From Polyangia bacterium (GTDB lineage: Bacteria > Myxococcota_A > Polyangia > Fen-1088), in assembly GCA_035315605.1 (NCBI GenBank), contig DATFXS010000836.1:1-29019 (forward strand): a stretch of 29,019 bases of DNA, in the 5' to 3' direction. A program made the position numbers and the translations under genes. The notes below the pieces were generated by a model that saw only the letters and a list, made by a program, of their open reading frames with translations, was not told the origin of the DNA and made no database searches. Of this stretch, positions 15,000-24,702 are shown in pieces (positions within the stretch are counted from its first letter, which is position 1; each line of letters opens with the position of its first letter).

Positions 15000-17573
15000 G
15001 TGCCGCCCCAGCCACTGCCGATCGACGAATGCTTGCCCGCCATCGTGGACGGCGTGGCGGCGCGTGGCGCGGTGGTGGTCGAGGCCCCGCCCGGCGCCGG
15101 AAAGACGACGCGCGTCCCGCCGGCGTTGCTCGACGGTGACCGGCGCGCCGGCGAGATCTGGGTGCTCGAGCCGCGCCGGCTGCCCGCGCGGCTGGCCGCG
15201 ACGCGCGTCGCCGGTGAGCGCGGCGAGCGGGTCGGTGAGACGGTCGGCTATGCCGTCCGCTTCGACGATGTCGGCGGACCGAACACGCGCCTGCGTTTTC
15301 TGACCGAAGGGCTGTTCGTCCGGCGCCTGCTGGCGGCGCCGCGGCTGCCGGAGGTCCGCGCGGTCGTGCTCGACGAGCTGCACGAGCGCCATGTCGCGAC
15401 CGATCTGGCGCTCGCCTGGCTGCGCCGGCTGCGCGAGACCGACCGCCCCGACCTCCAGGTGGTGGCGATGTCGGCGACGCTCGACGCGGATCCGGTGGCG
15501 GAGTTTCTGGGCGGGGAGATCGTGCGCAGCGAGGGACGGATGTTCGACGTGGCGGTCGAACACCTGCCGACCGACGACGATCGGCCGCTCGCCACGCAGG
15601 TCGCGGGCGCCGTGCGGCGCGTGCTCCGCGACGACAAGGACGGCGATCTGCTGGTGTTCCTGCCGGGCGCGGGCGAGATCCGGCGGGCCCAGACCGCCCT
15701 CGCCGAGCTGCCGGGCATCGGGAGCTTCGCGCTGCTGCCCCTGCACGGCGAGATGCCGCTCGAAGATCAGGCCCGCGCGGTGCGCCCCGGCGATCGCCGC
15801 AAGATCATCCTCTCCACGAACGTCGCCGAGTCATCCGTCACGATCGAAGGCGTCACCGCGGTCATCGACTCGGGCCTGGCCCGGCAAGCGGCGCATTCGC
15901 CGTGGACGGGCCTGCCGACGCTCGCGATCGCCAAGATCAGCCAGGCGGCCGCGACCCAGCGCGCGGGCCGCGCCGGCCGCACGCGCCCGGGCCGCGCGCT
16001 GCGCCTCTACACGCGCCACGACTTCGATATGCGGCCGCGCGAGACCGAGCCCGAGATCGCGCGCGCCGATCTGACCGAGCTGGCGCTGGTGCTGGCGACG
16101 CTCGGCGTCGGCGATCCCGACGCCCTGGCGTGGCTCGAGCCACCGCCCGCGACGGCGTGGGGCGCGGCGCGCGAGCTCTTGACCCGCCTCGGCGCCGTCG
16201 ATCGCGAGGGGCGCCTGACCGACGTGGGGCGGCGCATGTCGCGCGTGCCCGTTCATCCGCGCCTGGCGCGTCTGGTCGTGGAAGGCGAGGCGCGCGGCGT
16301 GGGCGCGGCGGCCGCGACGGCGGCCGCTTTGATCTCGGAGCGCGACATCCGGGTCACCGCGCGCGCATCGTTCGGGGGCGGCCCGTCGGGCGCGCCGTCG
16401 GATCGCGGCGCGGACGTTCTGGATCTCGTCGATCTGTTCGGGCAGGCGGCCGAGGCGCGCTTTCGCCCGGATGTCATGCGGCGCCTGGAGCTGGATCGGC
16501 GCTCGACCGAGGAGGTCGATCGCGCGCGCCGGCAATTGCAGGGCGGCGGCGATCGAGGCGGCCGCGGCGCCGCCGGACCCGCGGCGGACGAACCTCTGCG
16601 CATGGCGATCCTCGCCGCTTTTCCGGATCGCGTCGCGCGCCGGCGCGAGCCGCGCGGGCGAACGGTGGTGCTCGCCGCGGGCGGCTCCGCCGAGCTCGGC
16701 TACGAGTCGACCGGCGACTGGCTGGTCGCCGTCGACGCCGAGGAGCGCGCGGCGGTGCGCGGCGGGGTGAAGCCGGCGCGCGGCGGGATCGTCGAGGTCC
16801 GCCTGGGATCGACGATCGAGCCCGAATGGTTGCTCGACCTCTACCCCGACAAGATCGAAGAGGTCGACCGGCGCGCCTTCGAAGAACGGACCGGGCGCGT
16901 CGAACGGACGACCGGCCTGCGCTACGGCGCGCTGATGCTCGACGAGACGATGGCGCCGGCCCCGCTCGACGAGGAGACGTCGCGCCTGCTCGCCGACGCC
17001 GTGCTGGCGCGCGGCGCCGAGCGGCTGGCGGGCGGCGAGGCGTTGCCGCCGCTCCTGCACCGGCTGGCGTTCGCGCGGCGGCAGGTGCCGGACGCGCCGT
17101 TTCCACCGCTGGAAGGCGACGCCGTCTCTGCCCTCGTGCGCGCGGCCTGCGCGGGCCGCGGCAGCCTGGCCGAGCTGGGCGATCCGGCCGCGCTGGTGCT
17201 GGCGGCGCTGCCCCCGGCCGCGCAGCGCGCGCTGGCGGCCGCCGCCCCCGAGCGCGTCACGCTGGCCAGTGGGCGCAGCGTGCCGGTCCATTACGACGGC
17301 GGCGACACGCCCTGGATCGAATCGCGCCTGCAGGATTTCTTCGGCACGCGCGCGGTTCCCGCCGTCGGGGGCGGGCGCGTCGCGCTGACCGTGCACCTGC
17401 TGGCGCCGAACGGGCGCGCCGTGCAGGTGACGCGCGACCTCGCCGGTTTCTGGACCCAGCACTATCCGGCGCTTCGACGCCAGCTCTCCCGCCGCTATCC
17501 CAAGCACGCGTGGCCCGAGGACGGCGCCACCGCCAAGCCGCCCCCGCTGCCGCCGCCGCGGCCGCGGAAATGA
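15000..17573 (+). CDS. hrpB: ATP-dependent helicase HrpB
   Basis: LPID start, PGAGKTT, DELHERH, MSAT, TNVAESS, QRAGRAGR, C-terminal HLLAPNGRAVQVT..L..FW..YP..YPKHAWP. Start reassigned from 14295 to GTG 15000. Confidence 0.95.
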   Translation: MPPQPLPIDECLPAIVDGVAARGAVVVEAPPGAGKTTRVPPALLDGDRRAGEIWVLEPRRLPARLAATRVAGERGERVGETVGYAVRFDDVGGPNTRLRFLTEGLFVRRLLAAPRLPEVRAVVLDELHERHVATDLALAWLRRLRETDRPDLQVVAMSATLDADPVAEFLGGEIVRSEGRMFDVAVEHLPTDDDRPLATQVAGAVRRVLRDDKDGDLLVFLPGAGEIRRAQTALAELPGIGSFALLPLHGEMPLEDQARAVRPGDRRKIILSTNVAESSVTIEGVTAVIDSGLARQAAHSPWTGLPTLAIAKISQAAATQRAGRAGRTRPGRALRLYTRHDFDMRPRETEPEIARADLTELALVLATLGVGDPDALAWLEPPPATAWGAARELLTRLGAVDREGRLTDVGRRMSRVPVHPRLARLVVEGEARGVGAAAATAAALISERDIRVTARASFGGGPSGAPSDRGADVLDLVDLFGQAAEARFRPDVMRRLELDRRSTEEVDRARRQLQGGGDRGGRGAAGPAADEPLRMAILAAFPDRVARRREPRGRTVVLAAGGSAELGYESTGDWLVAVDAEERAAVRGGVKPARGGIVEVRLGSTIEPEWLLDLYPDKIEEVDRRAFEERTGRVERTTGLRYGALMLDETMAPAPLDEETSRLLADAVLARGAERLAGGEALPPLLHRLAFARRQVPDAPFPPLEGDAVSALVRAACAGRGSLAELGDPAALVLAALPPAAQRALAAAAPERVTLASGRSVPVHYDGGDTPWIESRLQDFFGTRAVPAVGGGRVALTVHLLAPNGRAVQVTRDLAGFWTQHYPALRRQLSRRYPKHAWPEDGATAKPPPLPPPRPRK

Positions 17574-17584
17574 TCCGCTCGCTT

Positions 17585-17606
17585 CTTTCCCCCTCCGGGG
17601 GCGAGG
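17585..17606. repeat. Probable degenerate single copy of the REP-like unit seen at 2868-2990
   Basis: CTTTCCCCCTCCGGGGGCGAGG aligns with CTCTCCCC-GCTTCGC-GGGGCGAGG with a different loop; sits just after the hrpB stop. Confidence 0.4.
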
Positions 17607-17623
17607 CGTGAGGAGCTGGCGCG

Positions 17624-17629
17624 TATACT
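17624..17629 (+). promoter_or_regulatory. -10 hexamer TATACT, 7 nt before ATG 17637
   Basis: TATACT-gacgaca-ATG with no SD in between. Confidence 0.6.
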
Positions 17630-17636
17630 GACGACA

Positions 17637-19013
17637 ATGCTGCCGCTCATTCCGAAGCGAGAAGCGCACGAGGCCCGGCGGGCGCAGCTGGCGGCGCGCC
17701 TCGGCAACCGCCCGGCGCTGATCGCCGCCGGCGTCCCGCGGCCGCGCAATTATGCCGCCAACCTGTATCCGTTCCGCGCGAGCAGCCACTTCCTCTATCT
17801 GTTCGGCCTGCCTCTGCGCGGAGCGGTGGCGGTCTACGACGGCGCAGCGTTCACGCTGTACCTGCCCGATCCCGAACCCGATCAGGCGCTCTGGGAAGGC
17901 GAGCCGCCGACCGCCGACGAGATCGGCGAGGCGACGGGTTGCGCCGTCCGCCCGCTCGCGCGTCTGCCCGCCAGCGTCCGCGGCCGCGCCGTCGCGACCT
18001 TGCCCGCCCCGGATCTCGAGACCTGCCTCGAGCAGAGCCGCTTGCTGGGCCGCGAGATCCGGCGCGGCGTGATCGACGTGCTCGACGCCCCGCTGGCGGA
18101 CGCGATCATCGAGCTGCGGCTTCATCACGACGACGCCGCGCGGGAAGAGCTGCGTCTCGCGGCCGCGGCGACGGCCGCCGCGCACGCCGCGGGGATGACC
18201 GCGACGCGCCCGGGGCGCACCGCCGCGGAGGTGCGCGCCGCCATGGAGGCGGCGCTGATGGCGCGCGGCATGGGCTGCGCCTACCCGTCGATCGTCACGC
18301 CGCACGGCGAGGTGCTGCACAGCGAGCGTTACGACGCCCGGCTGGCCGACGGCGATCTGTTGCTGGCCGACGTCGGCGCAGAAACGCCCGGCGGATGGGC
18401 CGGCGACGTCACGCGCACCTGGCCGGTCTCCGGGCGCTATTCGTCGACGCAACGCGATCTTTACGATGTCGTGCTCACCGCGCAGAAGCAGGCGATCGCG
18501 GCGGTGACGCCGGGCAGCCGCTATCTCAACGTCCACGTGCTCGCCTGCCAGGCGATCGCGGCGGGGCTCTGCGACCTCGGCATCCTGCGCGGCAATCCGA
18601 TCGAGCTGGCGGCGGACGGCGTCGTCGCGCTGCTGTTTCCACACGGCGTGGGCCACCTGCTGGGTCTCGACGTCCACGACATGGAGGACCTCGGCGACCG
18701 CGCCGGCTACGCGCCCGGACGCGAGCGCGCGAAGATATTCGGCCTGCGGTCGTTGCGCCTGGACCGCGATCTCGAACCGGGGATGGCCGTGACGATCGAG
18801 CCCGGCTTCTACATCTCGCCCGCGATCCTGTCCGACCCGACGCTGAAGCGCGTGGCGGGCGATCGACTCGATCGCGCGCGACTGCAGATGTTCAGCGACG
18901 TGCGCGGCATCCGCATCGAGGACGACGTGCTGGTCGCGGAGACCGGCCGCGAGGTGCTGACCGCCGACATCCCGAAGACGATCGCCGCCGTCGAGGCGGC
19001 GATGGCCGCCTGA
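17637..19013 (+). CDS. pepP: Xaa-Pro aminopeptidase (M24B, aminopeptidase P)
   Basis: YPFRASSHFLYLFG, LLADVG, GDVTRTWP, HGVGHLLGLDVHD, TIEPG, GIRIEDD. Confidence 0.93.
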   Translation: MLPLIPKREAHEARRAQLAARLGNRPALIAAGVPRPRNYAANLYPFRASSHFLYLFGLPLRGAVAVYDGAAFTLYLPDPEPDQALWEGEPPTADEIGEATGCAVRPLARLPASVRGRAVATLPAPDLETCLEQSRLLGREIRRGVIDVLDAPLADAIIELRLHHDDAAREELRLAAAATAAAHAAGMTATRPGRTAAEVRAAMEAALMARGMGCAYPSIVTPHGEVLHSERYDARLADGDLLLADVGAETPGGWAGDVTRTWPVSGRYSSTQRDLYDVVLTAQKQAIAAVTPGSRYLNVHVLACQAIAAGLCDLGILRGNPIELAADGVVALLFPHGVGHLLGLDVHDMEDLGDRAGYAPGRERAKIFGLRSLRLDRDLEPGMAVTIEPGFYISPAILSDPTLKRVAGDRLDRARLQMFSDVRGIRIEDDVLVAETGREVLTADIPKTIAAVEAAMAA

Positions 19014-19022
19014 CCGGTCGAG

Positions 19023-20642
19023 CTACTGCCCCATGCCGCCGGGGAGAATCGGTCCCGGCGGCGACGACGGCTTGTCGAACGGCGCGTTGGACGGCAGCGC
19101 CGGCACCGCTGGCGCCGGCGCTGGCGCTTGGGCAGGCGGGGCCATCGGCGTGGCCTGTGGCGGAAGGGGCGCGCCGGTCTCGGGCGCCGGTGCGGGAACA
19201 GCCATCGGCGCCGCAGCGGGCGGCGCCGTGCCGAGGTTCTGCGGCGCCGCGCTCGACGGCGGCATCAGCTCTTCCGGCGATCCCGACGGCAGCACCGGCT
19301 CCGCGGCGGCGGCCCGCTCTGGCATCGTCGCGCGCTCGGGCATCGCGGCGCGCTCGGGCATCGCGCGCTCGGGCGCCGCGGCTCGTTCCGGTGGCGCGGC
19401 ACGCTGCGGCGCCGGCGCCTCGACCGGCACAGCGGGGGCCTGCATCAGCGGTGCCTGCTCCGTCACCGTCGGCGCCTGCGCGGGTGCCTGCCCGGGCGGA
19501 AGCTCAGCGGTCGAGCGCCCCGTGGAATCGATTCCGATGAACCGGCCCGCCTGCTCGGCCGAGGTCGGCGATCCCGGCGCCGGCGCCGCCTGCTCCGATG
19601 GCGAGGTCGGTGGCACCCCCGAGGGGGTCGTGTCGAAACCGGGCGGTAGCGTGCCCGGCTCGGTGCTCGCGGCCGGAGGCGGGGCCGCGAACCGCTGCGT
19701 CTCCGGAGGCACCGTGTCGAAGCCAGGCGGCAGCGTGCCCGGCGCCGTCATCGGTGTAGGCGACGGCGCGACAGCTGGCGGCGGTGGAATGGGCGGCGCA
19801 GTGTCAAAGCCCTGCGGCAACGTTCCCGGAGCCGTTTGCGGCGCGGCCGGCGGCGGGGCAACGAACGGGCCCTGCGTGGGGCCCGGCGGAGGCGACGCGA
19901 TCTGCGGCGCGGGGAACGCAACCGGCGGCGCGGCGGGCGCGGTCTCGGCCGTCAGCGCGCCCGTGCGGGGCGCGGCCGGCGTGTCGAAGGTCGGCTCCAT
20001 CGGCCGGTCGCCCGGCGGAAGGTCAACGATGCCGGCGGGTTTCCGCGCCGGTCTGGCCAGGGGTGGCTGACCCGCGCCGCTGCGCGACGGTGTCGAAGCG
20101 CCGCTGGCGGGCGGCCTCGCGACGTCTTCGCCGGGCCATGTCGGTGTGCTTGCCGTCGCTTTCGGTGTGCTCTCGCCCGGCCATCGCGGCGTGCTCTGCG
20201 CTGGCTTCGGCGTGCTCTTGCCCGGCCAACTCGGCGTGCTCTCAGTGGTCTTCGGCGCCATCTCGCCGGGCCATCGCGGCGTTCCCTCGGTGGTCCGCGA
20301 CGTGCTTTCGCCGGGCCAAGTCGGGGTCGCCTCACCGTGCGGCTTCGCGTCGGCGTGCGGTTTGGTGTTGATGGTTTTGTGCGGCTTCGCGGCCTCCGCC
20401 CGCCGTGCGGCGTCCGCGGCCGGGCTACTGGGATCGAAGCGAGGTGGCTCCGTTTGCTTTCTGACGTAATCCGCGGACGGTGTGGAATCTGCTGGACCAG
20501 TCGTGTTCGAAAATGGTGAGATCGAATCGGCACTCTGAGCGCGCGCGCGATGCGCGACGGCGGCTAGAGCGGCTGCAACGAAGGCTCCGACGAAAATCAA
20601 ATAGCGGAGGCACCTACCGACACCCGAACCGTGACCGAACAT
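19023..20642 (-). CDS. Secreted Pro/Ala/Thr-rich low-complexity repeat protein
   Basis: From ATG 20642 there is a Sec-type signal (..RCLRYLIFVGAFVAAALAAVAHRARA-Q); long open frame with in-frame repeats. The start at 20801 would overlap the divergent ORF. Confidence 0.7.
   Translation of the reverse strand: MFGHGSGVGRCLRYLIFVGAFVAAALAAVAHRARAQSADSISPFSNTTGPADSTPSADYVRKQTEPPRFDPSSPAADAARRAEAAKPHKTINTKPHADAKPHGEATPTWPGESTSRTTEGTPRWPGEMAPKTTESTPSWPGKSTPKPAQSTPRWPGESTPKATASTPTWPGEDVARPPASGASTPSRSGAGQPPLARPARKPAGIVDLPPGDRPMEPTFDTPAAPRTGALTAETAPAAPPVAFPAPQIASPPPGPTQGPFVAPPPAAPQTAPGTLPQGFDTAPPIPPPPAVAPSPTPMTAPGTLPPGFDTVPPETQRFAAPPPAASTEPGTLPPGFDTTPSGVPPTSPSEQAAPAPGSPTSAEQAGRFIGIDSTGRSTAELPPGQAPAQAPTVTEQAPLMQAPAVPVEAPAPQRAAPPERAAAPERAMPERAAMPERATMPERAAAAEPVLPSGSPEELMPPSSAAPQNLGTAPPAAAPMAVPAPAPETGAPLPPQATPMAPPAQAPAPAPAVPALPSNAPFDKPSSPPGPILPGGMGQ
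19311..19391 (-). repeat. Five short PERA peptide repeats with 1-2 aa spacers
   Basis: PERAAAPERAMPERAAMPERATMPERA in the ORF translation. Confidence 0.8.
19630..19829 (-). repeat. Three PGTLP(P/Q)GFDT peptide repeats, spaced 84 and 87 nt
   Basis: Copies begin on the plus strand at 19630, 19714 and 19801. Confidence 0.85.
20127..20327 (-). repeat. Five tandem 45-bp (15-aa) coding repeats, TPxWPG(E/K) core
   Basis: Trp codons at 20136, 20181, 20226, 20271 and 20316, exactly 45 nt apart. Confidence 0.92.
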
Positions 20643-20734
20643 CGTTGGATCCGAACGTAGAACCGCGCTGACGAGACGACGAGGTCTTGCGAGTGCGGAA
20701 TGCGTAAGCAAGTTCTTGAGGAGGCCGGCGACCC

Positions 20735-21067
20735 GTGCACAATCCGTCATCGACCCTGCCCAGCTTGATCCGTGAGCTACAGGATGAGATGAGGCGGTCA
20801 CCGCGCCGTTCGCAATTGCACGAGCTGGCCCGCCGCCGCATCGAGGCGCCTCACGAGGTGATCGACTGGGCCAAGCGCGATCGCCGCTGGTCGTTCACGC
20901 TGGCGGAGATCATGAACGAGCCGGTCGCGATGCCGCGCGAGCTCGCTGCCAGATTGTTGGTCGCGATCGTGGACGAGTTGGAGCAGGAGCGCGAAGCGTT
21001 CCGCGAAGCATCCAGTGACGAGCGCGATGGAAACGCGGAAATCGAGCGCCCGCTGAACGTCGACTGA
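20735..21067 (+). CDS. Hypothetical protein, 110 aa
   Basis: GAGGAG upstream of the GTG start, helical amphipathic pattern, followed by a terminator-like hairpin. Confidence 0.6.
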   Translation: MHNPSSTLPSLIRELQDEMRRSPRRSQLHELARRRIEAPHEVIDWAKRDRRWSFTLAEIMNEPVAMPRELAARLLVAIVDELEQEREAFREASSDERDGNAEIERPLNVD

Positions 21068-21086
21068 CGCGCGATTGCGGCATCGC

Positions 21087-21114
21087 CTGACGCGCCTCCG
21101 TCAGATTTCTGTTT
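21087..21114 (+). terminator. Possible intrinsic terminator
   Basis: CTGACG-cgcctc-CGTCAG followed by ATTTCTGTTT. Confidence 0.45.
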
Positions 21115-21197
21115 CGCGATCGTCAACATCACGCGTCGACGTACATTTCCCGATGAATTTCTTGCGGAGCGGTCCGAGCGCGCCGTATATGATTGCT

Positions 21198-21428
21198 ATG
21201 AAAATGATCGGGCGGAAAACAGTGAAGGGTGGAAAGACTTCGGCGCCGATGGTGAAGGCGGCGTCGAACGGCAAGAAGGCGGCGTCCGCCTCGAGTGTGA
21301 ATCGGGGCGAGCCTTCGCACGAAGACATCGCGGCCCGCGCCTACGAGCTCTACCTGGCGCGCGGGAGCCTGGACGGCTACAGCGAGGAAGACTGGCTGAT
21401 GGCCGAGGCCGAGCTCCGCCGCAAGTAG
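21198..21428 (+). CDS. DUF2934 domain small protein with a Lys-rich N-terminus
   Basis: PSHEDIAARAYELYLARG..G..EEDWLMAEAEL is the typical DUF2934 pattern; start ambiguous (21189, 21198 or 21204). Confidence 0.85.
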   Translation: MKMIGRKTVKGGKTSAPMVKAASNGKKAASASSVNRGEPSHEDIAARAYELYLARGSLDGYSEEDWLMAEAELRRK

Positions 21429-21435
21429 CCGCCGG

Positions 21436-22674
<1,239 letters not shown>

Positions 22675-22714
22675 GCGCGATTCTTTCCTTTCGCGGCGCG
22701 AACGCGCCGTGCGA

Positions 22715-22954
22715 CTACTTGGCGTGCGCCTTGATGTAGTTGATGGCGTCCCCGACCGTCTTGATCTTCTCGGTGTCCTCGTCGGGGATCTCGATCTTGA
22801 ACTGCTCTTCGAGGGCGAGCACGAGCTCGACGACCGCGAGCGAATCCGCCTTCAGGTCGTCCGCGAACGACGCTTCCAGCTTCACCTTGTCGGGCGCGAC
22901 CTCGAGCTGCTCGATGATGATTTTCTTGACCTTGTCTTCGATTTCGTCGGCCAT
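22715..22954 (-). CDS. acpP: Acyl carrier protein
   Basis: [17 protein letters not shown] phosphopantetheine motif, IPDED, KTVGDA. Confidence 0.98.
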   Translation of the reverse strand: MADEIEDKVKKIIIEQLEVAPDKVKLEASFADDLKADSLAVVELVLALEEQFKIEIPDEDTEKIKTVGDAINYIKAHAK

Positions 22955-23003
22955 GGGTTCGTCCTCTCGATCCAGTTGTTTCCGCCGTTAGGCGGCGCGT
23001 ACC

Positions 23004-23756
23004 TTACATGAAAAGCCCACCGTTGACGCGCAAGACTTGCCCGGTGACGTAGGCGGCGGCCGGGCCCGCCAGGTAGGCGACCGCGGCGGCCACGTCCTCG
23101 GGTTTGCCGACCCGCCCCAGCGGAATGGTCTTCATCAATTCCGCGCGCCGTTCCGCGGGCAGCTCGCTTGCCGTCATGTCGGTGTCGATGTATCCGGGCG
23201 ATACGGCGTTGACGGTCACGCCGCGCGAGGCGTACTCGCGCGCGAGCGTCTTGGTCAGCCCGATGATCCCCGCCTTGGCCGCGACGTAGGGCGCCTGGCC
23301 GGCCGAGCCCGCCTCGCCGGTGATCGACGTGATGTTGATGATGCGCCCGGCGTCCTTCGCCTTCATCAGCGCGCGCAGGGCGGACCGGCAACAATAGAAG
23401 GTTCCGTTCAGGTTCACGTCGATCGAGCGCTTCCAGTCCGCGTCCTTGGCGCCCAGCACCAGCGTGTTGATCGCGATGCCGGCGTTGTTGACCAGGATCT
23501 GCAAGCCGCCCTCGGCCGCGATCACTTCCTTGATCGCGGCGTCGACGGCGGCCGGATCGGAGACGTCGAACCGTTTGGTCACCGCCGCGCCGCCCGCCGC
23601 GACGACCGCGGCGGCGGCCTCGGCGGCCGCCGCTTCGTTGCTGGTGTAGTTGAGAACGACTTTCGCGCCCAGCCGGCCGAGCGCGACGCCGATGGCGCGA
23701 CCGATGCCGCGCGAACCGCCCGTCACGAGCGCAATCTTTCCTTCCAGCTCACGCAT
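23004..23756 (-). CDS. fabG: 3-oxoacyl-ACP reductase
   Basis: [40 protein letters not shown]; ATG at 23756. Confidence 0.97.
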   Translation of the reverse strand: MRELEGKIALVTGGSRGIGRAIGVALGRLGAKVVLNYTSNEAAAAEAAAAVVAAGGAAVTKRFDVSDPAAVDAAIKEVIAAEGGLQILVNNAGIAINTLVLGAKDADWKRSIDVNLNGTFYCCRSALRALMKAKDAGRIINITSITGEAGSAGQAPYVAAKAGIIGLTKTLAREYASRGVTVNAVSPGYIDTDMTASELPAERRAELMKTIPLGRVGKPEDVAAAVAYLAGPAAAYVTGQVLRVNGGLFM

Positions 23757-24702
23757 GGGCCAGCGCCTCGATGCTAGTCGGATCACCGGCGGTGTGCACG
23801 GCGATGTCCGGCGCGATGCGCCGAACCAGCCCGGACAGCACGTTCCCGGCCCCGACCTCGACGACGGATGCGACGCCCAGCCCGGCGAGGCACTGGACCG
23901 ACTCTTCCCACCGCACCGGCGCCGTCACCTGCCGCGCCAGCAGATCCTTGACGCGCGCGGCGTCCTGGTTGGGCGACGCCTCGACGTTGCTCACCACCGG
24001 CACCTCCGGAGACTTGACGTCGACGCGGGCCAGCTCCGACGCCAATCGATCGGCGGCGGGTTGCATCAGCGCGCAGTGAAACGGGGCGCTGACCGAAAGC
24101 GGGATCGCGCGCTTGGCGCCGCGCGTTTTCGCGGCCGCGCAGGCGCGATCGACGGCGTCCTTGTGGCCGGCGATCACCACCTGACCGCCGCCGTTGAGAT
24201 TCGCGGCGCTGACGACGTCGGTGCCGGCGGCATCGCGGCAGACAGCCGCCACGTCGTCCGCCGAAAGTCCCAGGATCGCCGCCATCGCGCCCACCCCGGC
24301 CGGCACCGCATCCTGCATGAACTTGCCGCGCATGTGCACCAGCCGGACCGCGTCCGCGAGCTGGAGGGCGCCGGCCGCGACCAGCGCGCTGTACTCGCCG
24401 AGCGAATGCCCCGCGACCGCAACCGGCCGCAGCGGCGATCGCGCCTCGAGCGCGCGCAGCGCCGCCACGCTGGTGGCCAAGATCGCCGGCTGCGCGTTCG
24501 CGGTCAGCGTCAGCTCCGCCTCCGGACCTTCGAAGCAGAGCTTGGACAGCGGATAGCCGAGCGCATCGTCGACCTCGTCGAACACGGCGCGCGACTCCTG
24601 ATACGCGTCGCGCAGCGCCTGCCCCATGCCGACCTTCTGCGAGCCCTGGCCGGGGAACAGGAACGCGGTCTTGGACGTCGGCGCGGTCGCCACCGTCACC
24701 AC
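23749..24702 (-). CDS. fabD: Malonyl-CoA:ACP transacylase
   Basis: [29 protein letters not shown]; start is GTG at 24702 or 24699. Confidence 0.97.
   Translation of the reverse strand: MVTVATAPTSKTAFLFPGQGSQKVGMGQALRDAYQESRAVFDEVDDALGYPLSKLCFEGPEAELTLTANAQPAILATSVAALRALEARSPLRPVAVAGHSLGEYSALVAAGALQLADAVRLVHMRGKFMQDAVPAGVGAMAAILGLSADDVAAVCRDAAGTDVVSAANLNGGGQVVIAGHKDAVDRACAAAKTRGAKRAIPLSVSAPFHCALMQPAADRLASELARVDVKSPEVPVVSNVEASPNQDAARVKDLLARQVTAPVRWEESVQCLAGLGVASVVEVGAGNVLSGLVRRIAPDIAVHTAGDPTSIEALAHA

Noticed and set aside
15831-18677. 948-aa minus-strand ORF, plus other long antisense ORFs (4173-5591, 7864-9213, 8492-10270, 11540-12841, 23650-24837)
   Set aside because: All lie opposite well-supported genes, are R/A/G-rich without family motifs, and reflect stop-codon scarcity in GC-rich DNA.
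20127-20327. 45-bp periodic array considered as a CRISPR array
   Set aside because: The repeats are degenerate at the DNA level, conserved at the protein level, in frame within an ORF, and no cas genes are present.
22984-22997. Small GC-rich hairpin (CCGCC-4 nt-GGCGG) between fabG and acpP
   Set aside because: A 5-bp stem without a U-tract is common in GC-rich intergenic DNA; at most an mRNA stability element.
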